Of a DNA stretch of 64,000 bases, positions 51,171-64,000 are shown piece by piece. The notes below the pieces were generated by a model that had not been told where the DNA came from, made no database searches, and saw only the letters and a list, made by a program, of their open reading frames with translations. The position numbers were made by a program, and so were the translations under genes. Each line of letters starts with the position of its first letter. The stretch's first letter is position 1. The stretch lies in contig OZ024741.1 of NCBI GenBank assembly GCA_964016885.1, positions 341,868,001 through 341,932,000 on the forward strand, given 5' to 3'. Source of the stretch: Eledone cirrhosa (lineage: Eukaryota).

Positions 51171-52917
51171 CCATATCTCGCTCGTATAGGACTGTCTGGC
51201 ACGTTTTCTACAGCTGGATGCCATTCCTAACACCAACGATGTTTGCAGTGTGGACTGGGAGGTTTTTACCGTGTTACCTACATGGCCACATTACAGCGTC
51301 GACTGTGTTTTTTTTTTGTCGTGACACCTACACGGCCTCATTTATTTAGGACTGGATGTTGTGGTACCAACTTAACTTTACAGAGAAAGGGGTGGTGTTG
51401 ATGGGGGTGGGGTGGGCAGTTGGGGTGTATATTCGATTAAGAGGTGCCTACTGACTGTAGGTTTCGCTTTGTACTTAGGCAAGGCGGGTTTTCTGTATTA
51501 CTGCGTAGCGCCAAAGATCTCGGTCCAGCGAAATTGTCTTAGAGAGGTGTAAGTGTGTAAGGTCGGAATTTATCAAATCGTCCCAGGTTTATCTGGGACT
51601 GCCTACTCCGTAACTTCGGTCAATTTTGATCGCCCTGCACTTTTTTATACAGCTATCATCTTTCATGTGCATCACGTGACCATACCAACGTAGTCATCTC
51701 TGGAGTAAACAGCATCTGATCCCTCTTATACCTAATTTCTCACTTAGTTCATTTATGCTTTGCTGTTCACGTATATTACTATTACACATCCAGTGGAGCA
51801 TGCAAGCTTCGTTCCTCTCCAGTCTGCGTATATCCTCTGCACACAATCCCCATGTCTCACTGCCATGTAACATAGCTGTTCATATGCAGGCATCATACAG
51901 CCTGCCTTTCATTTTTAGAGAGAAACCTTTAGCGGCCAATAGTGGTATAAGCTCTCTGAACTTTTTCCATCCCGTTCTGACTCTGGCTACTGTACTTTCA
52001 GAGCACCCTCCACCACTGCTGATTTTCCACTATTTCTATAGAGCCATCTGGGCAATAGAAGGAGCTAGTATCCTGTGGGCGCTTGCTACTTATTGCACCA
52101 GAGCACCGGCCACATATAAAATCTACATTCTTAGATAGCTTACATGTGATCCCACTACATCTCTTATGCACCCATACTTTGCATTTGGGACATAAAATGG
52201 AATTTCTGCCTACTCTTTTCCTACACACTGAGCATGGCCATTTCCCAGAGGGGACCTGTGCCCTATTTTCCTTCCTACATACTAGAACTTTAGTCTTAGA
52301 CAAGTTAACTTTAAGGCCCTTTTATTCTAGGCCATGCTTCCATGTTTGGAATTTCTTCTCTAGTTCATCCATCGATTCAGCTATGAGCATTAGATCATCT
52401 GCATAGAGAAGTTCCCATGGGCAGCCAGTTTTGAACTCCTCTGTTATAGCCTGAAGGGCAATAATAAATAGGAGGGGTCTAAATAGGACAGAGCCCTGAT
52501 GAACACCAACTTTTATGCTAAATTCTTCATTATATTTGTTGTTAATTCTAACCTTGCTGACTGTTTCTTTATACATGGCTTGTATAGCTCTCACAAGCCA
52601 TTCATCAACCTCTAGTTTTCTAAGGGCTCACCAGATAATGGTGCGGGGGGACTCTGTCAAATGCTTTCTCCAAGTCAACAAAAGCTAAGTATAGGGGTTT
52701 ACTTTTAGCTAGGTATTTCTCCTGTAGTTGTCGTACAAGGAAAAGAACGTCTGTGGTACTTTTACCTGAGACAAATCCAAACTGCATTTCGTCTAGATCA
52801 ATTTGCTGTTCTGATTAGTTATAACTCTTTCTGTGACCTTCATGACCTGGTCAATTAATTTAATGCCTCTATAGTTTCCTCTATCTAGTGCATCTCATTT
52901 ACCCTTGTAGCAGTTAA
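51171..52917 (-). mobile_element. Decayed RTE family B, 5'-truncated
   Basis: GVHQGSVL, WELLYADDL, WPCSVCRK..CKVWVHKRCSG; UTR like 24380-24680. Confidence 0.9.
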
Positions 52918-52934
52918 CGTCCATTTATATATAT

Positions 52935-53769
52935 ATAAACGGAAAAAATGAAACGAAATTTCATTTCCCACTCTTAGTACGGCTGTTACTTAAATATAAG
53001 TATGTGTACGTACATAAATATATGTATACAGACGTACAGTAGTATGTATATATATATACATACATGCACACATATATATATGTACGTATGGATTCACCGA
53101 ACATTTATTATAATACTCGGTGTGTTTGTAAACAAACATCCCGTATTAAGCCGTAGCGTCTAGCAACCATCGTTGCTCGTTTGTTCAACACTGACAAAGG
53201 AACGATGTACTAGTTTCAAGCTTATTAGCTATCGTCAGCAACGTATACCTTGCTGCCAGATGATTGAACGTCTGAAAGTATATACTTTCCTTATGCATAT
53301 TAACGGCTGAGCAGCCTAATTTGCATATCGAGTGGGTTAATCGGCCGGGTGCACCGAAAACGATAAACGGAAAAAAATGAAACGAAATTTCATTTCCCAC
53401 TCTTAGTACGGCTGTTACTTAAATATAAGTATGTATATGTACATACATATATGTATACAGACGTACAGTAGTATGTATATATATATATATACATACATGC
53501 ACACATATATATATGTAGGTATGGATTCACCGAACATTTATTATAATGCTCGGTGTGTTTGTAAACAAACATCCCGTTTTAAGCCGTAGTGCTCAGCCGT
53601 TAATATGCATAAGGAAAGTATATACTTTCAGACGTTCAATCATGCTGACGATAGCTAATAAGCTTGAAACTAGTACGGCGTTCCTTTGTCAGTGTTGAAC
53701 AAACGAGCAACGATGGTTGCTAGACACTAAGAGTGGGAAATGAAATTTCGTTTCATTTTTTCCGTTTAT

Positions 53770-53770
<1 letters not shown>
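52935..53770 (-). mobile_element. Retrozyme-like 428-bp partial tandem (minus) plus deleted inverted copy; HHR at 53202-53244 (minus), stem-I-damaged copy ~53644-53676 (plus)
   Basis: ataaacggaaaaaatgaaacg period 428 (52940/53368); ACGUUG-CUGACGA-uAGCU aaua AGCUu-GAAAC ua GUA/CAUCGU. Confidence 0.78.
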
Positions 53771-53830
<60 letters not shown>

Positions 53831-54789
53831 TGCATTTTACACATTTCCACACATCCATATATATGCACATATATGTATTTACACACATATATATATACAA
53901 ACACTTGGTTACACAAATATGCACATGCACACACACAAACATACATGCACACAAACATACATGCACACAAATACAACTACACACACACACACACACACAC
54001 ACACAAATACACACAAAATCCCACATAAACAGAGAGGCACACACATTCACATACACACCTCTTCTTGTATCTGCCACCACCACCACCACTTGATAGACTG
54101 GTGGTGGATAAGGCAGAAGAGAATGAAGTGAATGACTAAGAGGTGGAGGGGAGGATGAAAAATGAAAGAAGAATGATGAGGGGGAGGGGGAGATGAAGAG
54201 GAGTAAAAATAAGACAAGCTTTGTTTTGACTATAATTTTATATTAACTGTTTTATATTTGAATAAATTGTTTCTTTAAATATCATATTTGTTTTGAGAGA
54301 GAGAGAGAGGGGGGGGGAGTAACGATGGAGGAGAGAAGAGATAGTGATAGGGAGATGGAAGTGAGGGAGAGGAAGAGGATAGAGTGAAGGGGAGGAAAAG
54401 GGGATAGTGAGAGGCAGGAAGAGGGAATAATGAGGGAGGAGAAAGCGAATAGAGTGAGGGGAGAATAAGAGGACAGAGTGGGAGAGGAAGAGGAGAGTGT
54501 GTAGTAGATGAAGAGGGGGGAGAGGGGAGGAGGAAGGATAGAAGAGAGGGAGAGGGAAAGAAGAGAATGTGGAGGATGGAGAAAAGAGAGAGAATGGAGA
54601 GAAGTGGAGGAGAGGGAGAGAGGAGAAGGAAGAGGAGAGAAAAGAGGAGGAGGAGGGGAAGAGAAGAAAGAGGAAAGAAAAGAGGAGGTGGGGAAGAGAG
54701 ACAGTTATGTAAAATGGAGGGAAATGCCCTTACCAGCAGCTTTTCTTCATTTTTGAGATCATTCAACTACAGTACCTTTTAAGGATGGC

Positions 54790-55230
54790 AACGGGATTTG
54801 AACATCAGATAGAATGCTTTGTGGTTTTTATTCCAGCCCTCTGCACTCTCATTTCAAATCCTGCCATGGCCCACTTTGCCTTTCATCCTTTCAAGACCAA
54901 TTAATAAAGTACCAGTCAAGTACTGGGGTCGATTCTTCCTCTATATACATTTTCTCACTTTCTCATTTCCTCTCTTGTTCTCTTATTCTCTCACTAAAAC
55001 TCACCAACTCTCATTCTTTCTCTCCCAACTCGCCTTCTCCCCACTCGCCTTCTCCTCACTCGCCCTCTCACCCTCTCCCCTCTCACCCTCTCCTCACTCA
55101 CCCTTTCTCTCTCTGGAAGAAATCTGTTTTGTTCTCAACTGGAGAAGGACAAGTTGCACCAGATTAAAATGGCCAAGATGTGCTGTATGTAATACCAGTA
55201 CCCCATATGATTACATCAGGAGTTAAGGAC
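54790..55230 (+). mobile_element. SINE with ctttgcctttcatcctttc domain and extended tail; inverted relative at 56245-56580
   Basis: Shared domain and tail (ccag.ttaaaatg.ccaaga..tatg..atcaggagtta.ggac). Confidence 0.6.
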
Positions 55231-57002
55231 TCATTACAAACCATAGTCAAGATGGTTGATTGCCAGAATTGGCAAAGAATTGCATGAGATGTCTTGTAAT
55301 ATTTGTTCTGACTTGTTAATTCCCAGGTTCTTGAGTCATCATCATCACCGTTTTACGTCCATTCTTCCACGCTAGCATGGGTTAGACAGATTGTCCTGTT
55401 GTGGGCAATGCCAGGTCAAATGACCATGTCTTGCTCGTACAGAACTGATTTTGGCTCGATTTCTACAGCTGGATACCCTTCCTAACACCAACCTCATTTA
55501 CAGTGAGTACTGGGTGCTTTTTTGTCGTGACCCCTACACGACCACTTTACAGTGTGCGCCATATATTTAATTCATTACCCCACCACTTAATCCTTAGCTG
55601 CCTTTAACCTTTTAACATTTACATTACTCTATATTTACTGTTCTATTTTCACGGTAAAGGCTTTATCTCACATAATTATCCCATATAATATCGAATCGAT
55701 GAGATTTTGATATTATTTATTTTGAGGACAATACCTTAACATCAGTATGAGCAGCCAGTTACAGCCAGTTTGAACAGAAGGAGGTGAGAGGATTCTGGTT
55801 GGATACCTGAAAAACCTTTTATGAGATACAAGCCAGTTAAACCTACGTAAGTGTAAGCTGTAACAACATGATAGGACTGGGGCCCAGATCATTAAAAACT
55901 CAAAATACCTCTTATGAGATACAACATTGCAAAGGGCCAGATAAAGATATATAGGTGAGAGCTGTAACAATTGGGATCCCTATCATTAAAACACCCAAGA
56001 TACCTCCTATGTGATACCATATAGGAAGCTAGTTAAACCTACATAGGTGTGAGCTGTAAATTTCATTTTTCATTTCAACTAAGGATAACTGCATCCCTTC
56101 CTCTCAGAGCCCCTGAAAAATTTAATGTCATAAGTACTGCTCTTTTACTTCTGACTAAATGGTTAAAAAAATATAGGCTTTTTACAATATCTTTAAAGGT
56201 GTGTGTATATGATTGTTATATACTGTGTATGTATATATGTATGTATGGTCCAGTAACTCCTGATAGAGTCGTAGGGGCGCCATATTGACATACTGTGTTT
56301 CTTGGGCATTTTAAACCTGGCGAAGCCCATCCCTCCCCAGGCCTGAGTACAGCAGATTTCTCCCAGAGAAAGATAGAAAGTGAGAGAGAGGAACTAAGAA
56401 AGAGATATAGAGGAAGAATCGACCCCAGTACTAAACTGGTACTTATTTTTATCAAGCTCGAAAGGATGAAAGGCAAAGTTGACCTTGTTGGGAGATTTGA
56501 ACTCCGAAAGCAGACAGCCGGGATGAACACCATAAAACATTCTAGCCGACGTTCCAACAATTCTGCCAATTCGCCACCTGTATGTATATAGAAGTAGTGC
56601 AAAAGTTACATTCCATTTTAAATTTGACTGTTTAACCCTTTCATTACCATATTTCTCATAAAAACATTATTTGAAAATTATAGACAGTATTTTTCAATTA
56701 ATCAAGAACTTAGATGGATTTGGTAAGATAAAATAAATCTGTCATTATTAAGCTGGTATATGGACTACAACTTAACAGATGTTCTTACATAGAAAAATAA
56801 CGAGATATAACAAGATATTCTTAGATAAATATAATCACTTTAACCCTCCCTCTCGTTAATATAGCTAATGAAAGAAACTACCCTGTGATTTTCAAACATT
56901 TAAAAAAATAATCAAGAAGTTGGATGGATTTAGTAAGATAAAAAATACTTTATCATTATTAAGCTGCTGTTTGGAACATAACTAAATATAGTTCTTATAC
57001 AG

Positions 57003-57865
57003 AATAATGTTTCTACTTTTGGCACAAGTACATTACAGGTACATTACAGGTACTTTATTTTATTGACCCTGTAAGGATGAAAGGCAAAGTTAACCTCGAT
57101 GGGTTTTGAACTCAGAACGTAAAAGGACATAACTCCATGCTGCAAAACATGGTGTCTGACATTCTACTAATACTGCCAAACCACTGCCTTATACAGAATA
57201 ATAATTGTTTCTATTTTGGCACAAGGCCAGCAATTATCCAGTGCATTACTGGTACTTTATTTTATCGACCCCGTAAGGATGAAAGGCAAAGTTAACCTCG
57301 GCGGGATTTGAACTCAGAATGGCAAGGGCCATAACTCTATGCGTCAAAGCATGGCGTCCGACCCTCTACCGATACTGCCAACCCACCGCACTAACAGAAT
57401 AATAATTGTTTCTATTTTAGGCACAAGGCCAGCAATTACCCAGTGCATTACTGGTACTTTATTTTATCGACCCCGTAAGGATGAAAGGTAAAGTCAACCT
57501 CGGCGGGATTTGAACTCAGATCGTAAAGGGACGTAACTATGCTGGAAAGCATGGCGTCCGACTCTCTACCGATACTGCCAATCCACCGCACTAACAGAAT
57601 AATAATGGTTTCTTATATAGGCACAAGGTCAGTAATTTTGGGAGAGAGGAAAGTCGATTAAATCGACCCCAGTCCGTGACTGGTACTTTATTTTATCAAC
57701 TCCAGTCCGTGACTAATACTTTATTTTATCGACCCCATAAGGATGAAAGGCAAGTTAACTTCGGTGGGTTTTGAACTCAGACCGTAAAGGACCGTAACTC
57801 TATGCTGCAAAGCATGGTGTCTGACATTCTATCAATACTACTAAACCACTGCCTTATACAGAATA
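57003..57865 (-). mobile_element. Head-to-tail array of 4 SINE copies (~200-265 bp each)
   Basis: Repeating ggcacaaggcc..ggtactttattttatcgacccc..aggatgaaaggcaaagt..tttgaactcaga..actgccaa. Confidence 0.8.
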
Positions 57866-58094
57866 CTAATGGAAAGTTTTTAGATAAATATAAACACTTT
57901 AAAACTAACAGCTTTGTATAATAGGGCCAGAGGCAGTTTTAGGTGGTTTGGTATAAGAAGAGTTAATGTTTTGAATATAATATCCAGGGTTCACAGCCAT
58001 AAAACAAAACAGACAAAATGCATGATTCAAAAATATAAATTTTAGTGTCGTTTTTATGCATTGTTGAGAATATGATTGAAGATTATAATTTTCA

Positions 58095-58672
58095 AAATAT
58101 GCACTTGATAGGTTTGATGCAGAGTGCTGCATGGCTGGAATGAAAATCAGTGTTGCGAAAACTAAGACACTTGTCCTATCAAGGAAGCCTGTGCAGTGCA
58201 CTCTACATGTGAATGGAGTTCCACTGAAACAGATAGAGAAGTTCAAGTATCTTGGGGCCATGTTCACAAATGATGAAAGGCAGGAGGCTGAATTAAATGC
58301 AAGAATCGCAAAAGCTGGTTCAGTAATGCACCAATTTCAGCATTCAGTAATCAGAAGCCAAACTCGTTATCTTCATTCCGGTTTTCGTGGCAACCCTTCC
58401 CTATGGTCATGACTCTTGGATAATGACTGAAAGAATGCAATTGTGAATACAAGCAGCCAAAATGGGATTCCTCCGGAGAGTCATTGGAGTAATGTTAATT
58501 AATAAAGTGTGTAACTAAAAGATGAGAGAATCACTCCAGGTAGAGCCACTACTTCTCCAAATTGAGGGATCACAGCTCCGATACTATGGGCATATGGTTA
58601 GAATGTCTCAGGAAAGAATCGCTGGACAGATTTTACAGGCGAAACCAACTGGCAGGAGACCCAGGGGTAGAA
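58095..58672 (+). mobile_element. Decayed RTE fragment of another family (Expander/Rex3-like)
   Basis: AGMKISVAKTKTLV..KFKYLG..ELNARIAKA; LRYYGHMVRM..PTGRRPRGR. Confidence 0.75.
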
Positions 58673-59070
58673 GAGAAGAAGAAGAATGATGTGTGTGTGA
58701 AAAAGGAAGAGAAAGAGAAAAAAAAAGAAGAAAAGAAAGTGGGAAAATGTCAGAGACAGATAGAGAGGGAGGGGGCATAGATAGATAGATTGATTGATTG
58801 ATTGATTGATAGGAAGAGATGGGGAGATGGTGCAATATTAATGAGGAAAGAGAAAGGTATCATCATCATCAACATCATCACCACCACCACTGTTTAACAT
58901 CTATTTTCCATGCTTGCATGGATTAGATTGCTGTCTCGTACTGAGGCCAGACTGGTCAGGTGACTAGATCCTGCTTGTACTTTGTTTTGGTTTTGTTTCT
59001 ACAGTTGGATGCCTTTTCTATTTTACCACGTGTATTGGAAGCATTTTATCGTGACTCTGACACAACTACC

Positions 59071-59456
59071 TGATAGATAGATAGATGGATAGATAGATGG
59101 ATAGATAGGTAGATAGATGGATGGATAGATGGATAGATAGGTAGATAGATGGATGGATAGATAGGTAGATAGGTAGATAGATGGATGGATAGATAGGTAG
59201 ATAGATGGATGGATAGATGGATAGATAGGTAGATAGATGGATGGATAGATAGATAGATAGATGGATAGATAGATGGATAGATAGGTAGATAGATGGATGG
59301 ATAGATGGATAGATAGGTAGATAGATGGATGGATAGATAGGTAGATAGGTAGATAGATGGATGGATAGATAGGTAGATAGATGGATGGATAGATGGATAG
59401 ATAGGTAGATAGGTAGATAGATGGATGGATAGATAGGTAGATAGATGGATGGATGG
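59071..59456. repeat. Compound (GATA/GATG/GGTA)n microsatellite, followed by GA-rich tract 59600-60310
   Basis: Direct reading. Confidence 0.9.
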
Positions 59457-60666
59457 TGAGAGAGAGAAAAATAGAGACATGGGAAAAGGTAGGATTATTG
59501 AGAAAGTTGATAGTGTAAAACAATATTGGTAGTGTGTTGTTATCTGAGACAGAGAACAGACAAACAGTTAAGTGTAGATGAAGGGGGATTGTTCACCATG
59601 GCTACCAGAGAGAGGGTGGAGGGGGAGACAGCGAGTAACAGAGGAAAAGAGAGAATAAGAAAATGAAAGACACAAAGAGAGAAACAAAGAGGGAGATAAA
59701 TAGATAGCGGGAGACAGACAGTGAGGCAGGGACAGAGGGAGAAAGAGAAACAGATAGAGAAAGACAAAGAAAAACAGAGACTGGGTGAGAAAGTGAGAGA
59801 GAAAGACAGAGAGAGCGAGAACAACAGAGAGAGAAAGAAAGTGAGAGAGAAAGACAGAGAGAGAGAGAAAGTGAGAGAGAAAGGCAGAGTGAGCGAGAAC
59901 AACAGAGAGAGAAAGAAAGTGAGAGAGAAAGACAGAGAGAGAGAGAAAGTGAGAGAGAAAGGCAGAGTGAGAGAGATAGTGAGAGAGAAAGACAGAGAGA
60001 GAGAAAGAGAGTGAGAGAGATAGAGACAGAGTGAGGGAGATAGAGACAGAGTGAGAAAGAGACAGAAGGAGAGAGTAAGAGAGAGAGAGTGAGAAAGAGG
60101 GTGAGAGAGTGAGATAGAGTGAAAACGAGACAGAAAAAGAGTGAGAGAGAGTGAGATAGAGAGAGTGAGAGAGTGAGTGAGAGAGAGAATGGGAGAGAGA
60201 GAGTGAGAGACAGGGTGAGAGAGAGAGTGAGAGTGAGAGTGAATGAGAGAGAGAGTGAGAGTGAATGAGAGAGAGTGAGAGTGAATGAGAGTGAGAGAGA
60301 GAGAGAGAAAACCAGGGAGAGATATCCTGTTATTTGACAACTCAACTATTAACATAACACTGATAACATAAACAACACTTTAAATAATCTCTTTCTATCT
60401 CACCCTTACTCTCTTCCACCTTCTCTATCTTTTTCACTTTCTCATTATTTACCTCTTCTATCCTCTCTCTCTCCCTAATCATTCTTCTCTCTCTCCCTCT
60501 CTCCAAAACACTCTTCTCTTTCTTCTCTCTCTCCTATATATTCTTCTCTCTCTCCCTCTTCCTCTCTACTAAACATCCCTCTTCCATCTCCTACACCTCT
60601 CTATCTTCTTTCTCTCCCTCTTACTATCTCTCCCTCTTTCTTTCCTTCTCTCAATATCTATATTTA

Positions 60667-60832
60667 CCGTATACCCGGCGTCGAAGAGGCTACTTTTTTC
60701 ATAAAATAAATCTCAAAAATCTACCATGCGTCCTGGAGGCCGAAGGTTGTTTATTTTTTTTTTCAAATTTTTGGTTGTCAAAATTAGGGTGCGTCCCCGA
60801 GGACAAAGCGTCTTCGGCGTCGGAAAATACAG
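60667..60832. mobile_element. pogo/Tigger-like MITE
   Basis: TA|CCGTAT..cggcgtcgaaga ... tcttcggcgtcggaaaATACAG|TA. Confidence 0.75.
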
Positions 60833-60990
60833 TACTTATCATCTCTTGTCCCTTCTCTCTCTTTCTCTCAGAACACACACATACACACTTCTCCCCTTTC
60901 CCTCTATTTCTCCCTTCATTCTGTCTCCCTCTCTACATTCTCACCTCACACCAGCTCCACTTCTCAATGGCTCTATCTATCTATCTATCT

Positions 60991-61287
60991 GGGTGAAAGT
61001 GGCGAGAATGGCCCGAGTGAATGGGCCTTCTCTCTATATCAGCCTGTAGATTGAGGAAAAGGAGGAGGAGAGGAAAGGAGTACAAGCTCTTCGTACTCCT
61101 GGAGATGAGGGTTGCACATTTTTTTCGGGGGTATGTGTTACCCATATAAACTGTCTCCCTCTATTGGGGAAAATCGACTAACTTTTAAATTCCATCTGTG
61201 ATAACATTTTACACGTTTTTATTGTATGTAAACTTCCCCCTTTGTATTTGTCCCCTTCTTTTGTGCCCCTGTGGCTAATAAAGAAAT
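60991..61287 (+). mobile_element. 3' fragment of the Tx1-like subfamily at 38653-41306
   Basis: WVKVARMARVNGPSLYISL plus near-identical 3' UTR; preceded by (TATC)n. Confidence 0.9.
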
Positions 61288-61424
61288 ATATCTATATCAA
61301 CGCCATCATCATCAGCTTTGAACGTCCATTTTTCCACGCTAGCATGGGTTAGACGAGTTGTCCCACTGTGAGACAAACACCAGATCAGGAGACTGTGTCT
61401 TGCTCATACAGAACTGATTTTGGC

Positions 61425-61573
<149 letters not shown>

Positions 61574-62194
61574 GTGTGTGTGTGTGTATCTCTTGTGGCC
61601 TCAACATGGCTGAATGATTAAGAAGTTCACTTTGCAAGCATGAGCTACTATGTTCTGTTCCACTGTCAGCCATCTTTGGCTGGGCAAATGCCATTTATCA
61701 TAGCTTTGGATCAACCCAAGTATTGTGGGTGGAATTGGGTTAGCAGACACTGTTTGGAAGCCCATTAGATGGACTGCTGCTCAAATTCAAAAGGGCCAAC
61801 TTGTCACACACTATGCCACACTGAATCTCCCTGAGAATTACATTAAGAGTACACATAGTTTTGTGGAATGTTCTGTCACTTTCTCTCTAATACAAGATAG
61901 TCTAACACAAGATGGACTCTACCTGTATTTCAAAAAGGGCCATCCTGTTATATATTGTATCACAGTAAATATCCATGAGAATTACATTAAGGATCTACAT
62001 ATCTATGGAATACTCAACCATTTTCACTCTAATAGAAGGCAGAATGTATGTGTAATTCGAAAACAGCCAACCATGTCACACACAGATAGATGTCCCCTCT
62101 ATAGATACATATATGTGTCCACCAACAGAAATCTCCTCTATACATAGATATATGTACCCACCAACCAATGTCCACTTTGTACCTTTATATAAAG

Positions 62195-62900
62195 TACCAA
62201 GTCCACACTGAAAAGTGGTCATGTAGGTGTTACAACAAAAAGCACCCAGTCCACACTATTGAGTGGTCATGTAGATGTCACAACAAAAAGCACCCAGTGC
62301 ACACTGTAAAGTGGTTGTGTAGGAGACATGGTAAAAAGCACCCAGCACACACTGTAAAGTGGTCGTGTAGGAGACATGGTAAAAAGCACCCAGCACACAC
62401 TGTAAATGTGGTTGGCATTAGGAAGGGCATCCAACTGTAGAAAACCAGCCAGAAACAGTCCTATGCGAGCGAGACAACTTGCCTCAAGTGGGACAAACCC
62501 ATCTAATCCATGCTAGCGTGGAAGATAAACGTTAAACAATGATGATGATGATGATGATGATATCCCTATCCTCCCACTCCCACCAACACCACCCTCTCTC
62601 TGTAAAGTTGGTACCACAACATCCAGTCCAAATAAATGAAATAATGAGATCGAGATCGTGTAGGTGTCATGACAAAAACACACAGTCCACGCTGTAATGT
62701 GGCCGTGTAGGTAACACGGTAAAAGTTCCCAGTTCCACACTGTAAATGTAGTTGGTGTTAGGAAGGGCATCCAGCCGTAGAAAACCTGCCAGACATTCCT
62801 ATATGAGCGAGACACGGTCACCCAACCAACCTTTCCTCAAGTGGGACAACTCCCGTCTAACCCATGCTAGCGTGGAAGATGGATGTTAAATGAAGATGAT
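62195..62900 (+). mobile_element. Two adjacent RTE-B-type 3' UTR/tail fragments, the first with ~45-bp internal tandem repeats
   Basis: aaaaagcacccag..cacactgtaaagtgg repeated; ttaggaagggcatcca; ccatgctagcgtggaagat plus (ATG)n. Confidence 0.75.
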
Positions 62901-63299
62901 CATGATCATGATACCCACCAACAGTTGTTCACCATCTGTGCCATATATATGTACCAAACTATTGTTATGTAGCTCTAAGTCAGCTCTGACCAAGCAGCAT
63001 TACCATGACACAGGTAACTGTATTCAATGGCAAAATCTAAGTCATGTGACAATATGTTGTTGGCAAGACAGGTGCTACCATTAGGCCAATTAGGCAGCCA
63101 CAGATCTAAGAGAAGCTCACCTCAGAGAGGCAGATCTGAGAAGGGTAGACATCAGAGAGAGAGTCAGACATCAGAGAGAGAGTCAGACATCAGAGAGAGA
63201 GTCAGACATCAGAGAGAGTCAGACATCAGAGAGAGTCAGTCATTAGAGAGAATCAGTAATCAGAGAGGTAGACATTGCAGAGCTAGCCTAGGATGCTAA

Positions 63300-63750
63300 T
63301 TTCGCAGGAACACAATGCAGGACTATCCTAGGGTGAAAAATACTAATGTATACATATTAGAGGTAGTCTAACACCCAAACACACATTGTAGAACTACCCT
63401 ATGGTGCTAAATACCCAAACATACAATGTATGGGTTCCCTATGACACTAAATACCCAAACACACATTGTAGGGCTACCCAACTGTGCTTAATAATCAAGC
63501 TCTCATTAATAATCAAGCTCTCATTGTAGCTAGGGGGCTAAATACACAGAAACACATTGATGGAATAGCCTAGAGTGATAAATACTCAAACAGACATTGT
63601 AGGGCTAACCTAGAGCAATAAATACCCAGGAATACACAGTATGACTAACCTAGGGCTCTAAATACCCAGGCACATATTGTAGGGATAACCTAGGGTGCTG
63701 GGTATTTAGTGCCCTAGGTCAGTCTTATTCTGTATGTCTGGGTATTTATT
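63300..63750 (-). repeat. Degenerate ~39-bp minisatellite related to 11245-11720
   Basis: aaatacccaaacacacattgtagggcta..ctagggc units. Confidence 0.75.
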
Positions 63751-64000
63751 ACAACTCTATAAACCATATATATTCGAAATATACACCATATGTACATTTT
63801 ATATTCCCTATACATACACTTTATGCACACATTATATACATACAATATATACACTATATCTGTTGTCAAAGGGAAAGGCAAAAAACTGATACAGCTTAAC
63901 ACTAGTGTTGTCACAACTCATATTTTCCAGCTGAGTCGACTGAAGTAGTATGAAATACAATATCTTGCTCAAGAACATAATACATCATATGGTCCAGAAA

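Overview
Eukaryotic, repeat-saturated animal genomic DNA. The SINE/LINE repertoire and heavy (TA)n/(CA)n load suggest a coleoid cephalopod such as Octopus (inference). Only one host-gene piece is recognisable: the first coding exon (16427-17536, minus) of a Vps10p-domain receptor (SorCS/SorLA-like). It ends in an AAC|GTAAGT donor, so 1-16426 is probably its first intron. The rest is transposon-derived: at least four RTE-clade LINE families, tRNA-derived SINEs (one with a chimeric two-LINE tail), a full-length and several truncated Tx1/L1-clade elements in (TATC)n, three Penelope-like elements (two Naiad-like), a Helitron, DNA-transposon MITEs, a probable solo LTR, and a 73 x 47-bp minisatellite born inside an RTE. 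The most notable hidden signal is a dense set of minimal type-I hammerhead ribozyme (HHR) folds in short non-coding elements inserted in (TA)n, often as fold-backs. These include a ~430-525-bp retrozyme-like tandem family (31.3, 47.3-48.6 and 52.9-53.8 kb) with covarying HHR stems and a conserved upstream ATGCAAAT. All structures were read by eye; nothing was computed or searched.
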